Notes under the pieces: model-generated
What the model was told of the DNA's origin: nothing
What the model saw: only the letters and a program-made list of their open reading frames with translations
Databases searched by the model: none
Assembly (NCBI GenBank): GCA_026914245.1
Contig: CP110439.1
Span: 5,828,001 to 5,892,000, forward strand
Length of the DNA stretch: 64,000 nucleotides
Direction of reading: 5' to 3'
DNA from: Puccinia triticina
Taxonomy: Eukaryota
Program-made: the position numbers and the translations under genes
Part shown: piece after piece, positions 12,382-24,569 of the stretch
Position numbering within the stretch: position 1 is the first letter of the stretch
Layout of the letters: the number at the start of each line of letters is the position of its first letter

Positions 12382-13345
12382 ATTTCCCCACCACGGAAGA
12401 AACAGCCAAGCGCTGCCGCAGGGGAAATACTAGATTTGAGGAAAAACAAAGTAAGCCTCAGAAGTTTCAGCCATGAAACCAAAGATATGAGACTCACATT
12501 TAGCCTCCTCCATCTTCATTTCACAGACAAAACCAGCCACAAGACGCCAAGGGAACGCGCCCAAGCCACACAAAACCAGGGAAACGTCAGAAGACCAAGC
12601 AGCGGGAGCAGAACAACAAGCAAGGGCGACTTGTGAGTATATAAGGAGCTTGAAATAGCACCTGAGATAGGAAACCCAGGCTACCAGTCTATCCATCTCA
12701 CAAATAACTCCTCTTAGATCCATAGCAGCAAGAATCTCATTGCGCTTGTTAGCCACCAGAATAAGCCCTAATATGATTAGGTAAGTGGTCCAAAGTTCCA
12801 AAGAAAGAAAAAGATGAGATAGATTATAGTCTGACAAGCAACGATGTCACAGGCACCAATCAGACAGCCCGTTGCAGAAGGAACTTCAAGTTATTGAAAG
12901 AGACAAGCTATTCACAACAACAACAGAGGTACAGGAGAATCTGTGTCTCGTGATAAAACCACAAGAAAGAAAAACAGTAAACTAACTATACTGTTCAGCA
13001 GATAACTTTATCCCAATCTGCCCTTTTTTCCTTTGATCCACCTTCCATCTTCACACTCTCCACGCCTTTGTTCATACACAACAGCTCTAGCATCACGAGC
13101 TGTGATTTGCTGAACTCAGCCAGACCAAGTGCAGCAGACAATCAACCTGCTCTTAGGTACAATTCTCTTTCATTCATTCATTCATTCTCAGTTTTGCCTT
13201 TGTTGTACATAAATCAATTAAGACCCTAATTAGAAATAAATCTCTTAGTTGCTTGAAAATTTACAACATCCACGCCTTTGTTGCCGCAAGAAAACCCTAG
13301 TACATTGCTAATTCATTCATCCAATACTTCTGTAACGTCCTCACA
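12375..13345 (+). repeat. Probable 3' LTR of the first Copia element
   Basis: Follows RNase H directly; TGTCTAG...CCTCACA ends; tatataag box near 12640. No 5' partner in the window, so the limits are uncertain. Confidence 0.5.
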
Positions 13346-13997
13346 ACTCGACGAAGAGGCTGCTATTTGACCTAGCTATGAACTACCCTTCTCTATTTGT
13401 CTTGTGCATTCAGCCGTAGATAACGTCCACACCTATGCTTCCGGTATGTGGGACAGCTTTAAGCTTGAGGAAGTCAACGCTCTTTGTCACTACATTCAGC
13501 AAGGCCTCCTTGCTTTGGCCCGTGAGGATCTCAACGACCCAGCCGCCGCGCAAAACGCCCATCTTTGTTTGTATAGCCGGTTCCATGACGCTATTTCACA
13601 TGTATGTCGAATGAGTACTGTATGTAAAGGGGGTAAGTATAAGGTAAAAAATGATGATACTCATTTGTTTTTGTTTTTGTTTTTAGATGGATACCCATTC
13701 TATAATTGACGCAATGATAGTGGAATGCGTTGGAATTATTGAGGGCCAATGCCCTGGCCGGTCTTGCTGGCTTCTTACTGTGTTTACTTGAGCCTTTATT
13801 TTGCTCAAGAGAAACCATCACTGTTACACATATTTATTCAGATACCTTACCTGTCTTTGGAATCCCTTCTAGTAAACCTGCCCCTCTCAAATTCAGCCGC
13901 AGTACCCTGGTCCTGCTTTTGAGCAACACCCTCTTCATCAATACACATCCCGAACTGGCCAGCATCTCTCCTTTCATCCAGACCCTGATTAATGCTC

Positions 13998-14790
13998 TGT
14001 GAAGTGGATCAGAAGCAAAGGGATGAAAGCTTGAAACTGTAGGCTTCTTTGAATTGTCGCCCATTTAAAGGACTGAGGCTAAATTAATGTATATCAAAGA
14101 CCAGAGACTGGAGAACAAACATGTAAGAATCAAAACAATAAGAAATACTGAGAAGATAAGACAAACCCTGGATTCAAGTAAAGATAGTGAAAGCAGCAAC
14201 TGGGAGATAATGGTCTAGATGTGGTTTGAAGAAGCAAAGGTATTGAGATGAGGAAAACAAACTGTGAGAAGAAGGGCAGTACAACTCTAGTCAAGAAGAA
14301 GTAAATAATCAAGGATCTTGAAGCACAACTAATGAACAGATAAAAGATGTCAGCGGATGATTGGAAGATGGGAAAAGAGAGATGTGAAGGATGGAAATGC
14401 CGGTTGCATTTCTCACCAAGTTGTGTCAATATTGAAGCGGTGAGCGAGTTGAGGCGGAGCAAAAGTTGAAGCGGTGAGGTGAGCAAGTCGATGAGCGAGT
14501 TGAAAGGTGAGCAAGTCAATGAGCAAGTTGAAAGGTGAGCGAGTCGATGAGTGGGTTGAAGCGGTGAAGTAAGGGACGACGAAGCGGTGGATCACAGGAG
14601 CAATGGTGCACAAGAGATGCCACGCACAAGCGCACAAGTTGCATAGCACGTGATCGCGCTTGAGTTTCAACACCCCCCTCAACTTGGGGAGTAATGGACC
14701 AAAAAACACTTTGCTCGTAGCTGGTTCAGAGAGTCTAGGTTGCTAGCTTTTGTGAATGTATCAGCAATCATGTCTTTGGATGGAACATTA
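13998..14790 (-). mobile_element. Copia 3' end: RNase H tail, PPT and LTR
   Basis: Minus strand VPSKDMIADTFTKA, then PPT gagggggg directly before TGTTGAAAC (LTR start 14672). Internal short tandem repeats at 14440-14560; possible end ...cttcaCA at 13998. Confidence 0.75.
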
Positions 14791-17282
14791 TCCACAAAGA
14801 TTCCCATGTGTTGAGGTAATTCATCCTGGAGTATCCACATCATTTGGGCCTGGTAAACTGCAACTGAATTGGTGGCTCCTTGGGGTAATCTGGTGAGTTG
14901 AAATCTTCCAAGAGGTGTTTCAAAGGTGGTCAAGGGTCCGGATTCTGGATCTAATTCTCTTTCATCATATCCTCCCATAATATCACCCAGTCCATAGCAA
15001 GCCCTTCCAGTAAATGATTCAATGAGTTCCTCTGTCTTTGGTGGTAATACTGCGTCCTTGATGGTGACTTTGTTGACTTTCTGAAGGTTATGTACAATTC
15101 TGAGCTTACCATCCTGCTTCTTTACACAAAATATAGGGCTGGAATCACTGGAAAAGGATTGTTCATAGAGGCCAGTGCTGAGTCTTTCCCTTACCAACTC
15201 TATAACCTGGTCTTTGATGGGTGCAGGGATTGGAATGGCTTTCTGTTGCCAAGGTTCATGGGGAATGACTGGAATGATATAAGGTTGTCCATAGGTGTGT
15301 TTAAGAAGGCCTCTTTCTGTTTCTACAAAAGCCAAAGCTCCTTGTCTAATCACAATTACCCATACCAGCAGGAGATATTCTTGAGTAGAAAGCCATCCAG
15401 GAGGTCCAAAGTTGATAGGGTCCAGCCTTTCTTGGGTAATCTTGGAGGTAGGAATGAATGGTGGAGGAAAATGGGTTAAAGGAGTGAGGTAAGGATCCCT
15501 GGAGAGTGGTGGCCTTGATAATGGAGGATTGAGAGCTAGTGGCATTGGTTGGTTTACTGGTTTTATGTTTTTTAGAGTTGATTTATATTTTCCTGACTGA
15601 ATGACTACAGTTTGTTGCTTTTGGCTATTTTCCAGGGTTGCAGTTGTAAGAGAGGGGAACTGAAAACCTGGTCTCAATCTAAAAAATTTACCAGACCAGA
15701 ATTGGAAGGTATGCTGGTTTCCCACCTCTGATTACTAGGGAGAATAATTGGAACCAAGAATGTCTGACCAGCTGAATCCATGATTGAGAGTGCTTCCCCT
15801 CTGGCTCAATTGTAGTTGATTTTGGCTGAGAGATCCATTAGGAAAGGCTTTCCAATAATCATCTGAACTGGTCCTTTGGCTACCCAGAAATGAACAGTCC
15901 TAACCACTTTCCCAATGGTTACTTCAACATCTTCAGCAATTCCAGGAATATCAGTAAGGTGGCCTCCAATCCCCTTGAGCTTCATAGATATAGCAGTGAG
16001 TCCCAATACAAGTTTATGTGCAAGAGTTTCAGGAATGATGTTGACCATAGAGCCAGTATCCAAGAGTGCTTGATGCTGTTCTCCTCCAATAGTGATTTTG
16101 ATGTATCCCAGGGGGCAAGAGTAGTGAGTGGTTGGTTCCTGTGCCTGTTCTTCTTCTTCCTCCATGTCTTTAAAGTTTGTTGATTTAACACCATCCAATG
16201 GGATCCTTGTTGGTGATTTTCCTTCTGACACAATCAGTATCTCCAGGAGAGATAGCAAAGATTTGCCCAAAAGCCAACTCCATTTTCCCTTCAGCCAACA
16301 TCCTTCTGGCCACTTCCTCTTCAATCCCTGGGTATTATTCCTTGGCCAGAGTCTTCTCCAAATACGTCTTCTTAACTGGTTTGTCCTTAGGTGCAGTGGT
16401 TGAATCCTTCTTATCCTTGTCCTGAAATCTGACCTGGGGGGAGCCTTTGGAAGCAGCTGGCTTTTGAGTAGAAAAAGTAGGGGGCTGGGCCATGTGACGT
16501 AAGTCATCTGTATCCATGTCCATAAGATCCTCCTTTCCCTCTCTGATCCTTTTGTCTGACTGAGCTGGTTCCTCTTCATCCTGATCCTTAGAGCTACTTC
16601 TGGTCCTCTTCCCAAGGTCTGCCTTATAGCTGTGGGATTGGTAATATGATGGGTCCTCCTCTAGTTTGCCAAAAGAAGATGTAAGCTTGGTGGTATTCTT
16701 AGAATATTCCTCCCCTGGGGTTCTGATTGGCCTGGCTGGGTTCCATGGGATAACTGATTTGTCTGGAAGTTTGTAGTTCCTACCATCCTTTGTAACAGCA
16801 CCACTAGAAATGTCCTGGGCAAGTTGAGAGCAGCTGTTGGTTCCATGGGTTTCCCGATGGCAATAATAACATTTGGAAGGCCATGTTCTTTCAGCAGGTT
16901 TGTCCAAGTGAGGAGGTAGTCCTTTTCCAGCAGAGAGAGATGCCATTTGTCTGGTGAGGAGTTCCACTCGTTTGTCCAAAGAAGTTGAAGGAGTAGGAGC
17001 AGTCCCCTGAGTAGCAAGTGTGGGTTGGGAATTCCTAGGTGAGTTGTCCAAGGTGAAGTTCCCTTCTGCTCTCCATTCAGTCCTCCTGTTGACCACTGAT
17101 CTTGAGTAAACCTCCTGGTGGATGTAGGTAAGCAGGGTTTCAGTGTCTGGTAGAATATCACCTCCATCCCTTGAAGCTAGCATTTTGTTGTCCTTCATCA
17201 GGCTCCTAGTAACCCGTTGGTCCAAGTCACTGTGAAGAGTTTCCAAGAGAAGATGCCTGAATTCCTCCAAGCTGGTACTATA
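14791..17282 (-). mobile_element. Ty3/Gypsy gag-protease-RT fragment
   Basis: Zinc knuckle CYYCHRETHGTNSC; protease ALLDTGSMVNII; RT SSPIFCVKKQDGKLRIVHNLQKVN...TTFETPLGRFQLTRLPQGATNS...IFVD, truncated at the YxDD motif. Confidence 0.92.
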
Positions 17283-19846
17283 CCCGCCGGAGGCACTATT
17301 AACAGTGCTGGAGGGCAAAACAAATCAATGTTAATGGTGTCAAATCAGCAATTCCGGAATCAAAATGCAATTTTTTGAATGGGTTGACTTGACGTAAAAT
17401 TTTACAATTGACACTGAGAAATTTTGAAATTTGGGCTAGGTTGGGAATTATCTAATGGGCAGGGATTGATTGAATTGAGATAGAGGAGTCTGGGTTTTCA
17501 CCAGACAGTAGAGAATACTATCAGGTATAAAATGAATACATGTATCTTTGTTAAACTATACACCAATGAAAGGTGAAAAGACTTGAAGATGTTAAGAACA
17601 ATGGTAAAAGATTTCTCTAGTATAGATGTGCATATTTAGTTCCAGGAGCGCATCAGATATTTGATTTGTTTGTGTACTTGTATGAAATTCAAGAGGAGGG
17701 AGATGCCTGAGATGTAGGTTTTGTAAAGACATTTCACAAAAACCTTCTTTCAATCAAATCTCATTGTTGGCCAGGCGGATTTCACGTCTGTGAACGGCCA
17801 AACAATATGCTATGTTTTGCTCCTTTATGATGGGGATTCCTGCTTGTAAAAAAGATTAAGAAGTGTGGCCAGGGTTTGTGCAGGAGAATGAAGAACCTCT
17901 GCTCAGCTTGGCCCGGCAAGCTACCCAAAGGGAGGAAAGGTTGGGGATCTGATCCAATCAGCCCCATGGATAGGGCTTCCTGTCTTGCACCATTGTAGTA
18001 AGTGGCAATGTGCCTCAGGACATGATTGTCAGCCAGGGCCTTTTGGAGGGGGGTCCTGCTGTTGTTGGCTGGTTCAAACTTGTCAGCCGGGCCACCATTC
18101 TAGAATAGAGCCCCGCCTGCAGATCCGGAAGCGCAGCTAAGAGATAAAATGTTAAACAAACAAAGATACCCGCAACAGGCCTGCGGATAGTAGATAATAT
18201 ACATGTAAAAATAGATAGAAAATACAAAAAACATCAAAAAGAGCACTCCATGAAAACAGAGGCTCTAAAGGTTGAAAATAAAGAGTACACTTTCAGCCAA
18301 GGAAAGTGTACCAACTATGAGAAGAACTCTCTTCTTGCTACCTGCAACCTGTTGCAACGGCAACAGCCGCGGTAGAATAATGATGCCGCCTCTGTAACTA
18401 TAATAGCACAGATAGTAGACAACCAAAGGGCTATACTCCGGAAGTTCTTACTAAGATTATAAGTATGAAACTATAATACCTTGCAACTCTTATCAAAAAG
18501 TATAGGAACGTGAGGGAAAAGCTTTGGTATATTGGTATTGCCGCCTACAGGCCGTCACCCAAGCGCCAAAATCACCAAGTTTCTAAGCTCTAGAGCCTTC
18601 CTAAGAGCAGTTAATTTGCAACCCTACACTTGAGAGCAGAGGAATGCAAAAGTGCTGTTTCCTGTAGGAAGGCTGGACTGCCTCCTACAGGTGTTTGGTG
18701 TCCACACAACTTGTAGCCAAAAAGCTAGGGGTCAGAAGAGTATCACTATATTTACAGAGCTGTGCTTTACAACAAGAAATATTGTATGGCCATCCCAGAG
18801 AATAAAGAGCCAAAGCTCCAGTCTCCGAACAGCATAAAAAGCTGGCCTCTGTGCAACTGCTTTGTAGATTCATTTCTTGTTGCTGGACTCCTGTTCAATA
18901 GTAAGTCCAGCTTATTTCTCTTTATCACCTTGGGTATCATCCCCATCAACTCTATAATTGGGAACCTGTCAAAATATTCCCCATGGGGCCCCAGACAACA
19001 CAGGACACACTACCCCTGCTCGTCAGGCGCTGTAAGAACTGCCCCAGAGGGCACCTGAACCATTCCGCAGCTGTTGCGACCCCTCCGTTACCCACCCTAA
19101 AGGATTCAACTCCTTATCTCATATCTTCTACCACATCAAAAAGACACGCAGAATCATATATATCTCCCTTACAGCGCCTTGAGACGTGCTTGAATATACC
19201 TCAGTCACTTGTGTAGCTAGAGGACTCCGTGTCTTGGCATCACTGAGCCTGACAAAACTTGGTATTGATCTTGGTTTTCATGGATTCAATTGTGCTGTAC
19301 AGCCATTGTTTCTGGGTTTGGGTTGGGTGCTTGATGAAAGCACTGACCATGTGACTTTATGTGGAACATCCAGGGTGGGAACACATGGTGAATTTGTGTT
19401 TGATATGAGGTTGGAAATCTGGCTGGAGGCCTGATGAAGGTGGGCACAATACACTGGATGCGGGAGCTCTTATTTATTTCAGAGATTCTGCTAGCTGGCA
19501 GGTGGCATTCAAGATGATGAAGGCTTGATGGGGCACCATATCAACTGAAACAATTGGAGAAGTGTTTCAGACACAGGAGGTGCTTGTCAAAACTTGCTTG
19601 GGGATTGCCCAAAGGTCAATTATGTATCAAAAATTAGGGGATGATTGGAGGGGGTGGTAGATTTTGCAAATCATCAAACGGTTTTGGTTTGAGAACCATA
19701 CATTGAAAGATGTGAATGTCAAACAATAGAGGCTAGGAAGACACAGGTTACATGTTCTGATAAAGATGAATTCTGGTGGTGTGGTTCACACAGGGAAGTT
19801 GAGAAAACACCAACTTCAAAGAAATCATCATGGTGATAGCTAGAAA

Positions 19847-20497
19847 ATGTGTTGCATCTTTCTTGGGGCATCAGAGCAGGCCAGAAGCATATCCAGCTTA
19901 AAGTGTCTTCAACACTTCCGGAAAATGTTCACCAACTTGAAGAATCAGATCTCCACCAATGGTATCAGCCGCCACAATTTGTTTGACAAGGTTAGCAAAG
20001 CTTTGGAAGGCAACAAATACTGGACAGCTGGCTTTGAGATGTTTGCACTTTAAAAAGATCCATGTGCGCCTGAACAAAACCGAAATGCAGTGGTTAGTTA
20101 CCTATCAAGACAAAACTCACCAAACCTCATTGACGTGGGACAGTTTGTAGGGCTTCTGCAAGTTTTTTGCCACTAGATCAAGAGCTTCTTCAATAAGTGG
20201 CCTCAAAAAGAGGTGCACAATCCAATAATGAAGATCTTGAGTGGCATATTGACAAACCGGTGTACGGAGTCCGGCCATGTTGTTGCCTCAGAGGCCAACC
20301 ACATTGTTGCCTCAGAGGCCAACCACATTGTTGCCTCAGAGGCCAACCACATTGTTGCCTCAGAGGCCAACCACATTGTTGCCTCAGAGGCCAACCACAT
20401 TGTTGCCTTTGGTTCTTTTGAAGAACGGATTCCTGCAGATTTTGAGACTAGAGCGTTATCTATTGTTAGTGGGTTGAACAAGGGCATGATTGCATAG
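19847..20497 (+). pseudogene. Degenerate hypothetical protein ORF containing an 8-aa repeat (VASEANHI)
   Basis: Protein-like frame broken by stops; no recognisable domain. Confidence 0.3.
20281..20408. repeat. Perfect 24-bp tandem repeat x5.3
   Basis: Unit tgttgcctcagaggccaaccacat at 20281, 20305, 20329, 20353 and 20377, plus 8 bp. Confidence 0.97.
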
Positions 20498-20949
20498 GTT
20501 GGGTGCTTTCTCTCTGCTGGGATATAAGCATACATGCATACAGATGGCAGGGTGAGAATACGCAATTTTAACTTGATAAAAGCTGCCTGTATCAAATGGG
20601 AGTGTTAGGATTAGCCAGTGAGGAATGAAGTGACAAGGAACAAGCTACAATGAGGTGCATACTACAGTTATATTTATCAGGTGAGAGGGAATTTTTGGAT
20701 ATGCCTTCAACTGTATTGTCCCTTTTTTTGGGGGAGTCTGGTTGGTTGGATATCAGCTTGACTTTTTGGGAATGGAGCAAAATGCAAACTAACCATTGTT
20801 GGCGCCTTCATTGTCCTGAGATTCCTTGTTTTCTGTGAGCATGTGTCTCATATGTGACGGCAGGACACAAGAAAAAGGAGGTGGGAATGTCTGGATTTCT
20901 TGGGTTAAAGAAATATAAACAAGAAGAGAGAGAGAAAGAGAAGATCAGG

Positions 20950-23235
20950 CCTAGACTTTAGACCTCTTCTCACTTCTGAACTTCCTGACAAAGATAGCAG
21001 AATTTGGAATGCCCTTTTCAAGGAGCCATTCATCATGATCAGTGCTCATACTTTTGTATCTAGCTAAGCATATCATGACATCTCTGTTCTCCACTCTCAA
21101 TCTTTTGTCTCTGAGAATCTTCTGTATGACTTTACTCTGGGGGTCTTATCCATAGGGGGAATGACAACTTGAACCATCTGTCTCAAGGAAACTTATCTGG
21201 ATTGGGGTCTCTGTATGGTTTCACTAAGCTGGCAGGGAATGTAGGATGTTTCCTGCTGAACTCTTCAGTCAGTATTACTTCTACAGCATTCTTTCCATGT
21301 AAAGCTTTCACAAGGAATGGTCCAGTAAAGGAGTCTCTCATCTTCTTAGGGCCAGACAAGTTGTTGAAGTTTGCTGTGGATATCAGGACTTTATCACCAA
21401 CTTTAAAGGATGGTTCTTTGTGAATCTTGTCCCATCTTTCCTTGTTGTAAGAGGTAGCTTCTGTTATGCATTGTTCAGCATGTTTCCTTGCTTTCTCATA
21501 GATTTTTCCATAAGCAAAAGCAGTAGGATGTGCTTTCTCATAGATTTTTCCATAAGCAAGAGCAGTAGGATGAATGTCTACAGATTCTTGTTTCAAGAAG
21601 TTTCTGGGAAGGTTTGGGATCCAGCCTTTTTCAGGATAGCAGGAGGTTTTCCGGTGGTTGAATGTATACTTGTGCAGTATGCTAGCTCAAGAATTGGTAG
21701 AAGAGAAACCTAGTAATGAGTATATCCATCATTGTCTTTGAATTCCAGTCCATAGGCACAAAACCTCCTGATCATATCTTCAAGTGTTTGGATCATCCTT
21801 TCAGCTAGACCATCAGTCTGGGGGTGGTAAGCAGTAGAAAAGGAGAGTTTTGTTCCTAGCATACTATGCAAACCAGTTCAGAATTAAGATTTGAATTTGG
21901 GATCTCTCTCAGAGATGGGATGCCAGTTCTAGGCATTACTCTGTTCCAAAACAGTATGGCAGTGTCCATGGCAGAATAATCCTTGAAGCAGGGCACAAAT
22001 ATTGGGGTATTAGAGTATCTTTCTACTATTACCAGGCAAGCATTGAAGCTAGCAGCTCCTCCAGGAGACAAAGAAGTCACCCAATTCATTTTAATCACAT
22101 CCCGTGGCTTGGAAGGTTCTTCTAGTTTCATGAGCAGCCCAAATCTCTTTCCTGCAGCTTTATTGGCTTTCTGAAATCCATCAGAAGAAGAGCGATATTC
22201 ACCAGCATCTTGTCTCCAGTGAGTCCACCAAGCAGTATCAGCTACTTTCTCTGAAGTCCTGTCTTCAGAAAGATGACCAGAGTAGACACTATCATGGCAT
22301 TCATGCAAGATGGTGTTGATGCTTTCTTTATCAGCCAAAACTAAGACAGAGTTATTCTTTTCTCTGAAGTAGATGAGGCCATCAAGGAGAGAGAATCTTC
22401 CTTCATCATATTGCTTCCCCCATGGTTCCTGCAGAGAGTTCTTTAATTGGAAATCCTTAGCATCTTTCACCAAGAGCTCAGACAAGCTGACAGTGTTTTT
22501 ATCCTGTTGATATCCCTCTCTAACCGTGTCAAAAAATTCATTTTTGAAGGTAGAGACATGGATGCCTATGATTGGAAATCTATCATCATCTTTGTCCTCA
22601 GGGTCATAAGCTGGGTTACTTGGATCATTTGGCAAAACCCATCTGCTGAGTCCATCTGCATTTTTGTGAATATTCCCATCTTTGTGGATTATAGTCATAT
22701 TGCCTCTATATTCTTGGATAGCTATCTGCTACCTGAGCATGTGTCTGTTGGGATTCTTCATGTTCAGCAAGGATCTCAAAGCTGTGCAGTCAGTTACAAC
22801 ATGCAAAACACTGTGATCCAAGTAGTAATGGAGTTTCTCAAAGGCCCAGACTAGGCACCAACATTCAAGCTGGCTAGCACCATATCTTGTCTCACAATAA
22901 TCCTTTAGTTGCCTGGCTATGAAAACAATAGGTCCTTTTTTTCTTACTCCATCAATGACTTGGACTTAATGTAAAGCAGCACCTAGGCCAGTCATGTTAG
23001 CATCTACATACAGTGTGAAAGGATGGGCCCAGTCAGGGAATAATAGCAAGGGAGGAGTGGTCAGCTTTTCTTTCAACAAGTTGTAGGCTACAGCTACCCT
23101 ATGATGAGTCATCTCATATATGACATCAATCCTAGTCAACTCAGTCAGCCGCTTTGCTATCTCAGCAAACTCCTCAATGTGCTGTCTCAATAGTAACCAG
23201 CAAACCCAAGGAAGGATTGCATTTCTTTCCTACTA
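20950..23235 (-). mobile_element. Chromovirus-type Ty3/Gypsy pol 3' half (RT end, RNase H, integrase, chromodomain), degenerate
   Basis: [66 protein letters not shown] (GPY/F). C-terminal KILRDKR...LARYK...DEWL chromodomain-like segment at about 20960-21130. Confidence 0.9.
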
Positions 23236-24569
23236 CTAGGTACGTTACGCATAGCATAACTGCCCTTTGTTGTTCATACTCACCACCTGCAGGTGAGATT
23301 TGGTGAAAGAGTGGTTTCAGAATCTGTCCGTTGAACTGGGTGAGTGGTTTCAGAATCTGTCTGGTGAACACACCAGGGGATTACATATTCTTACATACAA
23401 GTGAAACTACATATGAAGCAATATCAGCATGGAGAAACTTTCCAACTGGCTGGAAAGCCACTGAATGGTGCGCTGACAAGAGAGGCTGGAAAAACAAGGC
23501 CGGCAAGGCTCAGCACATGTGACACCATTGTTGCTCACGCACTTGCTCTTCAGTGGAGTTTTCAGCTGCAAAAAGATGTGCATTGATTGGGGATTTCAAG
23601 TAACCGGCATGGTTGTGGGGCCGCGGGGTGTCAGCGGGCCATAATCCATCCAAAGAAGGTGCAAAGGGAGTGGGTTGTCTATGATGGGCGATGAATAGTC
23701 CAACATGGAGACGGTCCTCTGGGAACTGCGCAGCTGTCTTGCATGCCAAGCAATCAAAGCACCACGCAATGTGACACTCAATTGGTCCAGCCAGATATGT
23801 ACTACCGGTAGGGCTACCTCACCTGCCTCATCAATGGTACAGCAGGGAGTCTCTATGTATTCAAGGTCCAGAGACTGGATAATATATTGTGGTGGCTTTA
23901 GATTCCTTGGCCATTGTCAATTCTGATTGCGGTGGCTTTAATTCCTTGGCCATTGTCAATTTGGAGGTACTGCTGTGTACAGGTCTGCTATTGTCTTGCT
24001 GTGCCCTGGCACACATTGTGATGGTTACAAAAAAGTCAAGGCAGCAGAACAAACTGGGGACACATTTTCCTCTGTGAATTCTTAGAACAAGTCAAAACTC
24101 AATAGAAATTGAGTTAAACAAAAAAATGAACAGGAGTAGTTAAACAAAAAATGACCAGGAAGATGGTGCAAGGGAGGGAGAGAGTTCAAAGAAGGTGAGG
24201 CAAAAATCTAGATCCAGAATTGTACATGAAAAGAGTAGAAAGAGCCTATGGACAGAATTTTGAGTAATCACAATAATTTGTATTCAGCACTGTAAGTATA
24301 AGGGTAGGACCTAATATAGGTCAGCAGGGGATCATGAAAACAGTCAATTGGGTTTCGATCATAGGCTTTTGACTACATCAACAATATTGGTTTCTTCTAA
24401 GCAAATATTCAGTAGGGTATTTGAAAGGATTAACTGACAAGCTGCCTCTTAATAGATTTCTGCCGTGGTAATGAGAAGCAGCGCTTCTGGAAGAAGGATA
24501 TCTGAAATAGAATTGATCAAGTTTACATTCCCAAAATATTGCTCCTGCAGGAATTGACCCACATGAAAA

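Noticed and set aside
18967..19239. Possible solo LTR (TG...CA)
   Set aside because: No target-site duplication and no second copy in the window.
20281..20408. CRISPR-like regular repeats (also 44701-44813 and 38822-38935)
   Set aside because: Units are head-to-tail with no unique spacers, there are no cas genes, and the context is eukaryotic.
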